From positions 1-22,635 of the forward strand of contig MCFH01000160.1 of the NCBI GenBank assembly GCA_002104945.1: a stretch of 22,635 nucleotides of DNA, in the 5' to 3' direction. This stretch comes from Piromyces finnis finn. Its lineage: Eukaryota; Fungi; Neocallimastigomycota. Shown here piece by piece: positions 11,445 to 22,286 of this stretch. The position numbers and the translations under genes are program-made. Positions within the stretch are counted from its first letter, which is position 1, and every line of letters starts with the position of its first letter. The notes beneath the pieces are model-generated. The model ran no database searches and had not been told where the DNA came from. It worked only from the letters and a program-made list of their open reading frames with translations.

Positions 11445-11708
11445 TTCTCAAGGGCTCTACTCATGCTCATGGTACTGAGCGGTAGAAAAAATAAATCCAA
11501 ACATTGCGCAATGGATGCTTGGTTAGTCTTTATTGGGAAATATTATAAGGACTAAATTATGTACTGGGCACTAGAGTAGATAATTGAGTGTTAGTTTTAT
11601 ATCATATCTCTCTTACACTTCAACTTACTTTAGATAGTAGTTGCTTTTACAACTTTTATAACATATATTAAACTTAAAATTGTTTTATTCGGTAGTATTA
11701 AATACTGA
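11445..11708 (-). repeat. Inverted copy of 6165-6432 (B plus most of A')
   Basis: Its reverse complement reads tcagtattt..ctaccgaataaaac..aagtaagttgaagtgtaagagagatatg..gcatccattgcgcaatgtttgg..gagcccttgagaa, closely matching 6165-6432. Confidence 0.92.
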
Positions 11709-12719
11709 TTTTGAATATTTTTTTGATTTCATTTTTATTTTTAGCTTTCATAGAAAATTGTATCCCATTTATTACTTATTCTCTTTGTTCTTTTATTCTT
11801 TCTAATCTTTATATGTTGATTAGTCAGATAGTTTTGTTTTTCAGTTAGTTTTTATTCCTACATTTATTTTTGAGTTTCGCCGTGGGGTGCGGCTTTAATT
11901 ACTATAATCATTTTAATCTTTTATTTTTTTTTTTTCTATTTTTATTATTTTCGAGGGGCGGGCTTTTTTTTCTTTATGATTTTTTATGATTCTAGTAATA
12001 TCTTTTTATTTTTATTTTCTGAAACTCTAGATTTTCCAAGGAATCTCTTTTCTACTAACATTCTTTTGTATTCTTTTCTCTCTCTCTATATATATATTTT
12101 TTTATATTTTATTATATGTATATTTGTATAATTTTATTAGGTTTATTATGGACTCTTATGGTAGGTATTAACTCCTTTTTTTAACATTTTATTATCAAAG
12201 CTTCAATCCTAGAAAATCCAGTATTCTATTCTTATTATAAATACTCTTATTTCATTTTATCTTTTAAAAAAAATTTATTATGTTTACCCAAAAATTTTCA
12301 ATTTTTTCCATTATTTTTTGATATAACATCTTTTCGCTCTTATTATCTCTCTACCTTACAACATAATAACCTAAATGAATGTTCAAATCCAACAATCAGA
12401 ATCAACACAATACATAATCATCCAATAATTATACAAATCTTATAAATATAAAGAGCTTTCAAAATACAGTTATAATACAGAAGTCCAAAGTGATAGATAT
12501 TCAAAATTTATTTACCGTTTAAAGTCTTCAGTAGAGTTAGAATAAGTTTGTCAACAACTTAGCCACTTTTCCAGATATAAATTTAAAATATTGTTTGACA
12601 ATAATCCACTAGCTATATAATATATCCGTCTTTACTATTTATTATTTATATTTTACTATATATTTTATTTTATTATCATATTTATATCAATATATCAATA
12701 CTTCAATTTATAATATCTA

Positions 12720-14010
12720 TTGGCATAATAAGTTCTTTCAAAATGAACATACCAATTGTACTGTACCTACCTTACGACGTGGTCTTCGTTTCTTCGAATC
12801 TAACTCCCAATCTCTAGTAAAATATCTTGGAAATCATTGATAAGCTCAAAAACAATAGATCATACAAAACAACGATCTATCAAATCTACTACTGGTCCAC
12901 TCTCTGACGATTTCTATTTAGTCACTTAAGCTCTAATGCTTCCTTTTTCAACTTATGTACTTGTTGGAACATCAATGGTTGGAACTGAGAAAAGGACGGT
13001 GTTTTATACTTCATCTCTGTTTCAAACCTGTATGTGTCTGTCTTCAAGAAGTAGGTAATAGCCAATTCCTCTGTGGTAATGCAATTTCCTCCCCATGCTA
13101 CCAAACTATAAACCAGTACACGACGTGCTAATCCTAAAGTTCCAGGTATGAGAGGACTTTACATTGGTGTTCATAACTCTGTTCCTTTACTCCTGAACCT
13201 CTTCTTTATAAGTACATCATTTCAGTTACAATACTGTATTTTGGAACCAGAGATGTACCATCGGTAATATTACTTCCCGCAAACTAGATGGCCGGATGCT
13301 AGATTAATTGCCTTTGATGAACTTGATAAGTGGTTAACAACGCATAACAAATTCAATCACCCAGCTATCCTTGTTGGGGACTTTAATATGTCAGTTATTA
13401 AAATCAAATCTTATATATCACAACACTTCCCGGATTGGACTATGGCAAAATTAACTGGTAATAATTTCACTTGGGAAAAAGGTTCAAATCTTCTGCATTG
13501 ATCATATTATACAACAAAGCTATGACAGAACACATAAACAAATCTTCAGTTTGCGAAGTTTTTCACGATGTTTCTGATCACACACCGATCCTTGTGTCTT
13601 GTAAAAAAGACTCTTTTGATGGTTTCAAAAAGCCTAAGAAGACCTTTAAATGTCAAGTCATATCTGTAACACAAAGTGTTCTGACATCTTACTAGTAATC
13701 GCTTTGCTGTTCTAGCTTCCGAGCTTGAAGCTAATTGCGATAACCTTTCGGCTGACAATATGGTTTCAAATTTTTAGATACCTCCAAAACTATAGGTAAA
13801 GAAATAAAAGCCATTGTGCCTGCAGATTTAAAGGTCCAGCATTCCATTGCCTCAATACATCAAAACCTATCACATGAAAAACACTTGGCTTACAAAAATA
13901 TTAAGCCCTTCAGATTGTGCTGACATGGAAAATATCTTAACCAGTTCTCCATATACCAAAATTTATGTAATACCATCAAAAAGGTTAAGAGTAAATTCAG
14001 ATCCAATCTC
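12720..14010 (+). mobile_element. Degenerate fragment of a second, related LINE family (N-terminal extension, APE and post-APE linker; no RT)
   Basis: CWNINGW (~12962-12982), CLQEVGN, PGMRGLY (also in the first LINE), PAILVGDFNMS (~13361-13393) and SDHTPI (13573-13590). Homology stops near 14010. Confidence 0.85.
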
Positions 14011-14729
14011 TATTAAGCTAATATTGTGTTTACTTGATGATATTAACTATACCAGTTTTATTTTATTTACTATTTGATTGGGTAAATGAAATAAATTTCT
14101 ATTTATTAATAACAATTACTATATGGTTATGAATAATTTAATATTAATAATGTAAAGAACTAGCATTCAATATTTATTCAATGAATTATATATAATTAAG
14201 AAATAATTAATATTATAAATATTATAACAATATTTATTTTTAATAATTAGTAATAAGTCTTTAGTTTTAGTATTTAAAATATAATATGAATATAATCATG
14301 TATTGAAAAGTTATTTTATATTAAATATATAATTACAAATAGTATAAATAGTTTAGAATAGTTTATGAAATTAAATTTTAGTAAGATATTAATAATAATA
14401 ATAATAATTAACAATAATAATTAATAACATAATTAATATTTAATAATAAGTATTGCTATTAAATAATCTCACTATTATATTCTTATTAATATTTTATTTA
14501 AATAAATAGAAAAGAAATTATTTTAACCATAATATATAATTTCACTATTCGTTTATAAAACAATTAAGATTATTTAATAAAACTTTTTTCTAACCTAGTT
14601 ATCTTTTAACCTTTATTTAATTTAATTTAATATTTAATATAATTATAATTTAGTAAAACTTTTACAATAATTTTACCGCGTTTTTACCAAAACTACCTTA
14701 GGAAAAAAACTTATTTAAAAATTTAAAAA

Positions 14730-15495
14730 ATGACTCAACCAACACCTAAACCAGTTCAACAATTTTAAAGCCTCAAGATTTAGAAGAATTTAAGAAAATC
14801 TTTGTGGTGAACTAGATAAGTATATACTCAACAATTGGACAAAATACCACCTCCTTATTAGAACGTATGGATGCCATGTTAAAGGAACTCAAGAGTCGTG
14901 CTACTTATACTGAAACTGAAGAATTTTCTACTGATTATGATGAAGATCATGATGTTATAGTGCGCAACAGAACTTATCCTATCAAACAAGTAACAGATCC
15001 AGGATTCTTTACTGGTGACTACTCAGACTAAATTATTCTGCGAACTCTGCCAAGCTACCTTTAAAACTCCACTAACAATCAGCTCTCCGAAGAAGTAAAA
15101 ATTAACTTTGTTGTTAGATTACGTGATTCTGCCAGAACTTAGTACCATATTAAATACAAAGATGGAATTGCTTCTATGACTATGAACGAACTATAAGTGA
15201 GTTAAACCAAGCCTTTTCAAATGTTACCAGTACTAAATTAGCCATGATTCAATTAATAGAATAAGACAAGCTTATGGAAAAGTGAATGATTATATTAACA
15301 AATTTAGAGATTAAGTCGTTGCTTAGAAATAGATGACACTAGTCTTTCACTATTATTTTTAAATGGATTACATCCAAAATATAAGAATGAAATTAAGAAA
15401 GCTGATATTTTACCAAACACTTTAGTGAAATGGTTACAAAGTTTGAAGTCTCTAGAAAATGAAATAGGACGCGAGATTCAGAAGTTATCACTAGT
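14730..15495 (+). pseudogene. Ty3/gypsy-type gag (retrotransposon capsid) remnant, frameshifted, with no pol downstream
   Basis: ATG at 14730 (MTQPTPKPVQ). Across frameshifts it reads VTDPGFFTGD, EEVKINFVV-RLRDSART, RQAYGKVNDYINKFRD and LFLNGLHPKYKNEI, which is the Retrotrans_gag pattern. Confidence 0.75.
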
Positions 15496-16852
15496 TTCGT
15501 ATAGTGCATTTTCTTCTCAAGGGTTAATTTATTGAAAATTAAATTTTTGTGATCCTTAACCCTTTTCAATATTAAATTTTTCCAAGTGATCTTTTTAATT
15601 ATTTTTAAAAGTGTTTTATACTTTTTGAAATATAAATTTGATTCTTAAATTGTTTATTTGAATATTTAATTTATTTTTAATCGTCTTCTATTCTTGACAC
15701 ATTATTTAAATACGTATTAATACAGTATTTTACAAGAATATTTCTTACAGTATCGTTGTAAAATGTTTTTTTTATAATATTAGTTAATAAGTTATTAATT
15801 AGTCAATTAAGTTAGTTATTACCTTCTATACGAGTTAATAACTAAATAAAGTTTATAAAAATAATAAAAGAAAGAAACAAATATTATAACACTAAATAAT
15901 ATAAGACTTATATAAATATTTATGAAATAATTCTACTTAAATAATTATGTCTTAATTATATCTTTATTTATTTTTATAATTATAATACATTAATTATTAT
16001 TATAGCTATTAATTTACTTTAATACTAACGCTAAAGTATTTAACGTTAGTTAAACATACTATTAACTATATTAGTTTATTTTCTTTACCACTTGATTAAT
16101 AAAGCAAATAAACTTCCTATTAATTAATAACCATTAATATATGGTTATGCACATATCTGGCCAATAATGGTGACCAGATATATGGTTGTCAAAATCACAA
16201 TTCATGAATTTTGACATTTCATGAAATTCATATTTGAATTATTAGTTAAATTAATTAAAATATTAATTTAATAATATTTTACTAATAATAGTTTATTAAT
16301 ATAATATTAATTGGAAAGCTATTTATTATCCGGAGATAAATAGAGTGTAACAATTAATTAATATTAAACAAACCAATTAGTAAATAAGATTCATTTAAAT
16401 AATTATTAATATATTTTTAACAACTTATTAATATCGATATTAAAGAAATTATATTATTTTACTATTATATTTATTAATATTTATATTTAATATTATACAT
16501 GTATAACTTAAATTATATTATTATTACTTTATTAATATCAACATTATATAAATGAAGTATAAATAAGTTGAACAAAGAACAATTAGAATTCTTTGTGAGA
16601 TTATTATACTCATTTTATATAGTAAATTCAATATTTAAAATTAATATTATATTTACTTATATTATTAAATTAAATAAAATATTTCTTAAAAAACTATATT
16701 TATTACTCTTTTATTTATAAAAATTATTATTACTATATAATAAGCCTATCCTAACCTAGTAACTTAATTATAATTCTAAATCCACTCTAACTCTTGACAT
16801 GGTTCAATTGAAATATTTGTGGGCAAACTTATGGCCACAAATATTTCTTACA

Positions 16853-17258
16853 AAAATAGAAATAACTAAATTGTCTTAGTGGTTAGTAGCTAAGACTTTG
16901 AGTCTTAAATGACACTAGTTCGAGACCTCATAGATATTATTTAAAAAATTATAATTTTATTTATTTTATTTTTAAATTTTATTTTATATGAAGATTATTG
17001 ATTGGTTAAGAATTTAAGTTGAAAAAATTTTATAAATTATTTAAAAATTTTAGTATAATACGAGTGAATTTTCCCAAAATTTTAAGAATCGAGATTTTAT
17101 TAATAAAAATTAATATTAAACACTAACTTATTAAGTTAAATTCTATGTTTTTAATGATATTTTATAAATTAATAATTACAGAAATTTAAAGTGTTAATAT
17201 ACTAAGTATTTAGTAAATATATAATTTGTTTTATTGTTAAAAGACACATTTCTTTACA
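16853..17258 (+). repeat. Diverged LTR-like repeat, homologous to 17319-17707 in the opposite orientation; its 5' TG end is missing and it ends TTCTTTACA
   Basis: Shared blocks: atagaaat..tgtcttagtggttagta, gttcgarac ctcata, gattgg.t.a.aa.ttaagttg, aatacgagtgaa.ttt, aacactaact, aagtgtt, ttctttaca. Confidence 0.7.
16873..16930 (+). pseudogene. tRNA-Gln(UUG)-like remnant inside the LTR-like repeat
   Basis: D-loop/A-box-like TAGTGGTTAG; anticodon stem TAAGA/TCTTA with a 7-nt loop CTTTGAG (TTG at 16898-16900); B-box-like GTTCGAGACC at 16918-16927. No acceptor stem or intact T stem. Confidence 0.55.
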
Positions 17259-17318
17259 CTCTATCGGATAAGATTTCCAAAGGAAGACCATGAAGCCTGA
17301 GATATTGTTTATAAAGGC

Positions 17319-17707
17319 TGTAAAGAACTAATGTCAATAAATAAAAACACAATATATAAAAGGAAAATAATAAAAGCAAATAAAATTTTATTATTGAACA
17401 CTTAACAAATTATAACAGTTAGTGTTAATAATTTATTTTTATTATAAAATTTCTTTGTTAATAAAAACCGAATTCCCAATAATTTTTGAGAAATTTCACT
17501 CGTATTTAATAAATGTTTTTAAAAGTAAATTTATAAAAATTTTACAACTTAATTTTTTAAGCCAATCAGAAATATCTTTTGGTAAAATTTCGTTATAAAA
17601 TTTTAATAATTAAAAAAAAGATATTATGAGGTTTCGAACTCGAGTAGTTCAAACCAAGGTTAGTACTAACCACTAAGACAGGTTACTAATTTCTATGATT
17701 CGTTACA
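17319..17707 (-). repeat. Putative 3' LTR of the chromovirus (389 bp, TGTAACG...TTCTTTACA)
   Basis: TGTAA/TTACA inverted termini; starts right after a purine tract ~230 bp downstream of the pol stop; AATAAA-like signal and T-rich segment near its end. The 5' LTR is not in the window, so this is unconfirmed. Confidence 0.6.
17628..17679 (-). pseudogene. tRNA-like remnant (A-box, TTTGAA, B-box) at the start of the putative LTR
   Basis: The - strand reads gtcttagtggttagtactaaccttggtttgaactactcgagttcgaaacctc. Confidence 0.5.
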
Positions 17708-17719
17708 TGGTCCTCCTCC
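17708..17719 (-). promoter_or_regulatory. Candidate polypurine tract (PPT)
   Basis: GGAGGAGGA-CCA immediately precedes TGTAACG on the - strand. Confidence 0.5.
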
Positions 17720-17938
17720 AGGATTCGGATACCAGACGAATCAACTAAATTTATTTGTTACTTTATTATAAAAGAAATAATTGAAACGAGTGAATACATT
17801 TTGAAAAATTTTTTTTTTTTTTTTTTTTTAAATTACATGAATATTAAATTATAAATATATTTTTTCATTTTCTATTTTCTATTTCTATTCTCTTTTTCTC
17901 TTATCAATTACTAATTTTTTTTAAATTAATAACTATTA

Positions 17939-20900
17939 CTAATGTGAATTATTAAAGTTTTTAATTAGTTCATCGCAGTTTAAATTACTTCAGGTTCCCA
18001 AGATGCTTCTGAAAGCGGATAACCTTTCCATTTTATTAGATATTGAATCTTCCCATAATGCTTTCTTTTATCAAGTATTTCTTCTACTTCGTATTCTTCT
18101 TCTTCATTTACTATTATAGGTGGAGGTGGATCTTTGATTCTTCCAAAACTATCTTCATAATACGGTTCTAGGTTTGAAACATGAACAATTGGGTAAATCT
18201 TCAGCGATTTGGTAATTCTATTTATAAGTGAGATTAGAGATTTTACTAATTATCCTAAACGGGCCAAGTTTCCTAGGATTAAATTTTTTATTTCCTTTAT
18301 GAATTATCAAGGAGCTATCCAACCATACTTTGTCACCAGTCTTGAATGTCGGAGGTTCTTGTCTATACTTGTCGGCATATTTCTTTTGAACTTGGATGGC
18401 CTTCTTTAAGTTTTCTTTTAGTTTCTCCATTAGGTCTTCAAAGTCTCTTGTAAACTCTTCAGCTCTTGGAACATTCGTTTGGTCAGGAATTACCGGAGAG
18501 TATTTTGGGTGATAACCATAATTTAGGAAGAATGGTGAGAATTTGTTGAGTCTGAACAGCATTATTGTAACTGAATCTGCCAATGGAAGAAAGTTGATCC
18601 AGTTTGTTCCTTTATAATTAGAAAAGCATCTTAAATATTGTTCAACAACGGAGTTTACCCTCTCCGTTTGGCCATTGGATTGATGATGATATGGTGAAGA
18701 TATTTAACATTGACGTCCAAGATTGACAAATAGATTTCCAAAATTTCGAAGTGAATTGCGCGCTCTATCGGAAATAATTCAGAGGGGAGACCGTGAATTT
18801 TGAAAATATAATTCAAAAAGCAAAAGCAGTATCAGAAGCAGAAGGAATACTTTAAAGGGAATGAGGTGCACATTTTAGTAAGGCGGTCAACTACAACAAG
18901 AATAGTGTTAAATCCATCCGAAGGAGGGAGGTCAGTAATGAAATCCATAGAAATAGAAGCCCAAGGATGGTCACTAATCTCAAGGGGTTGAAGTAACCAT
19001 ATGGTTTATGACGAGAAGGCTTGGACGGCAACAAATCTCGCAAGATCGGATATAATTCTTAACATCAATAGAAATGGATGGCCACCAAAATCACGAGAGA
19101 TCAAAGAAATAGTTTTGCGGATACCAAAATGACCGGCAGAGGGGGAATCATGACAGAGTTTCAAAACGGAGGGACGGCATTTTAAAGGGACATAGATTCT
19201 ACTATCAAAAAGAAGAAAACTATTACTAAGGGAGAATTTATTACTTTGTGGATGTGGAGCTGGGAGATTCTTATTTTCAAGAAAATTGCAAATGTCAATG
19301 TAAAAAGAGTCGTTCACATATTCAGATAATATTTCATCATTAAGAGAAGAAATGGAACAAATCAAAGCGCAGAAATTCTCAGGGCGTAAAACCGAAAAAG
19401 GAGCATCAGAAGGAAGAGAGGAATCTATATAATCAGGTCTTCGTGAAAGCGCATCAGGTTTACCATTTGATGAACCAGAGCGGTAGAGAATTTTAAAGTT
19501 AAATTCGGAAAGGAAAAGGGCCCAACGAACGAGACGTTGTGACATTTTTTCCGGTTTCTTTTGATATAGTAAGTTTCGATGATCTGAATAAATAGTAAAC
19601 GGGGTTAAAGCACCTTTGAGAAAATGTCGCCAAGTTTCAAGAGCATTAACAATAGCTAAAAGTTCTTTATCGTATATAGGATAGTTTCTTTCAGCGGAAG
19701 TAAGAGATCTTGAATAGAAAGCGACAGGATGGATCATTTTATCATCAGGAGATTTTTGAGACAGAACTGCTCCTATAGCAAAGTTGCTAGAGTCGGTTTC
19801 AACAATAAAGGGAAGATCACGATTTGGGTGAGACAGGATGGGAGCAGATGAAATTAATGATTTAATGGTATTAAATGCATCAAGAGCTTCAGAGGAAAAA
19901 TCAAATTTAACGTTTTTACGAAGTAGTCTGTGAAGGGGTTGTGCAACTTTGGCAAAATTAGGAATAAACCGACGATAGTAGTTGGCTAGGCCAATAAAAG
20001 ATTGAACTTCCTTGACACTGGACGGAACTGGCCAATTAATAATAGCAGAAACTTTATTGGGGTCCATATGTATACCTTCAGAGGATATCCGATGACCAAG
20101 GAAATCAATAGAGGAAACAAAGAATTCACACTTTTCAAGCTTAGCATAAAGACCAGCATTTCTTAAGCGATCCAGGACTTCGATAACGTGCTTAATGTGG
20201 GATTTATGGTTTTCAGAAAAAATAATTAAATCGTCAATATATGAATAAACAAAAATCCCTAGAATATTTTCCAGAACATCATTGATAAAATGCTGAAAAA
20301 CAGCCGGGGCGTTTTTCAGTCCGAATGGCATTACCAGGTATTCAAAGTGGCCGAATTTGCAGGTGAAAGCTGTTTTATATTCATCACCCTTTTTGATTCG
20401 GACCAAATTATATGCTGATCGTAAATCCAATTTTGAGAAGATTTTCGCTTTACCAAGATGCTCTAGCATATCTTGAATCAGAGGTAGAGGATAGGAATCT
20501 CTAATGGTAATTTTGTTGAGTTCCCTATAATCTTGACAAAGACGGAGTTCACCATTCTTTTTAGGAACGAAAAGTACAGGCGCACCAGCAGGAGATTTGG
20601 ATTTCCTAATGAAACCCTTTTTGAGGTTTTCATCGATATAATCCTTCAAAACTCTTGTTTCTTCGTCTGTTAGTGGGTAGATTGGTCCATAAAATAGCTT
20701 GGCATTTTCGATTAGGTTTATTTGGCAATCATAAGGACGATGAGGTGGTAATTGATCAGCAGAAGATTCGCTAAAGACGTCCATATATGATTCTAATTCC
20801 TTCGGAAGTTTAGTAGTAGGATTTGAGTCTTTAAAAGAGTTTTTTGGTGAACAAGAATCAACTTTAGAAAGAGATATATTAGAAGCCATGACAGTACAAG

Positions 20901-22286
20901 TCTCTTGTGATAAAGGATCGTTAACAGATTCATTGTTAATTAAGACAGATTTAGAACGATTTTCTTTGGGATTACGAGAATGAGATAACTTAGAATTTGA
21001 AAAAGAAGATTTAGGTTTGTCAATAAAAATAGGCAAAGAAACGGAAGAAGAGTTATTGCAATCAGTAGAAAAAACAGAAGTTTCCTGATGGAATTCGGGA
21101 ACATTCGAAGGGAGAGTCATACAATGATCCAAGCAATATGAAGAACCAAAGGATAATTTATTATTTTCAAAGTCAATACTTGGATTATGTTCCTTAAGCC
21201 AACGTAGACCTAGAATACAAGGATATACAGGTAGATCAGTAACGTAAAAGACAGTACGGCATAGGTGATCCATGTAGCGAAGATTAAGAAGTGGAGTAAC
21301 TCCGAACAGTTTTTGGCTACCACCAATACCGAATACGTTGGGTAAATCTTCTTCATAGTGGTAGGGAATATTGTGATCGTTGCAATAGTCGACATCTATT
21401 AGATTAAGTGTAGAACCGGAGTCTATAAGAATTTTTGTGTCTAGTTCAAACGATAATTTAAAATTTGAGGTTACCCTATCTTGTTGATTTTTCTTGGAAT
21501 TGGTAGAATTATTTTGTAGAGAAACTAAAGATTCGAATGCTGAGTTTTTATTTCTTCTCTTATGACAATCTTTCAGTTGGTGTCCTGGAGATCCACAATA
21601 GACACATAAGTTTTCCTTACTTCTTCTTTCTTTTTCTTCCTTGGATAACGGACCAAAGTATCTTTTCTTCTTGGGATGTTCTTTTAGATTTGTGGAAGCC
21701 TTTCTGGAGCCATTGCTGGAATTAGAACTTGGTCCCTTAGTATTTTTGTCAAAAAATAATCCCCTGGTAGCAAGTCTGGAGTCTATTCTAGCTGCAATAG
21801 TTTGGAGGGAAAACAAATCTCTTGGTCCTGGGAACATCTCTAATATCTTCATTGCAACTTCTTGGTTGAGCCCAGCGATAAAAGCATCCATCTTAGCCTC
21901 TTCATTCCAGTTAGATTCATCAGAGTATTTGTTAAATTCAAGGATGTATCCTCTGATGCCGCCCAAACGATGTTGCTTGAGAGTACGTAGCATTTGATTG
22001 GCTACGTAGACTGCATCATTGTTCCCGTAGAATGCCTTTAGTCTTTCCTTGAATGCTTGGTAGTTGGTCAGACATGGATCATGGTTGTCAATAAGCGTAG
22101 CGGCCCAATTTAATGCATTTCCATAAAGGCGAGAAATCAGGTAGATAACCTTGCTCTCTTCATCTTGATATCTTTCGGGATAAAGGAGAAAAACAAGTTC
22201 TATTTTAGCTAAGAAACCTTTGAGATATTTTCTGTCTCCTGCGAAACCGTCTTTAGTGAGGCGTTATCAAATATTTGTCCTTCCAT
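17939..22286 (-). CDS. Gag-Pol polyprotein; open from 19006 to ~22250 (includes ORF 19006-21993), with 1-bp frameshifts near 22255 and across the integrase/chromodomain region
   Basis: Gag [28 protein letters not shown]; [14 protein letters not shown] (21565-21606); protease LIDSGST; RT YIDD (20230-20241); RNase [21 protein letters not shown]; integrase [33 protein letters not shown]; chromodomain [25 protein letters not shown]; stop at 17939-17941. Confidence 0.93.

Noticed and set aside
12150-12700. ORF1 of the second LINE or a host exon
   Set aside because: Slightly C-enriched, but stops occur in all frames and I recognise no motif, so it cannot be supported.
12922-14077. ORFs 12922-13104, 13471-13695, 13546-13758 and 13847-14077 as genes
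   Set aside because: They are antisense or frameshifted pieces of the second LINE fragment.
15513-15523. TTCTCAAGGG shared with the repeat at 11445
   Set aside because: Only 10 bp match and the flanks are unrelated; this is compatible with chance.
16873-16930. Functional tRNA-Gln gene
   Set aside because: No acceptor stem and the T stem does not pair; kept only as a tRNA-derived remnant.
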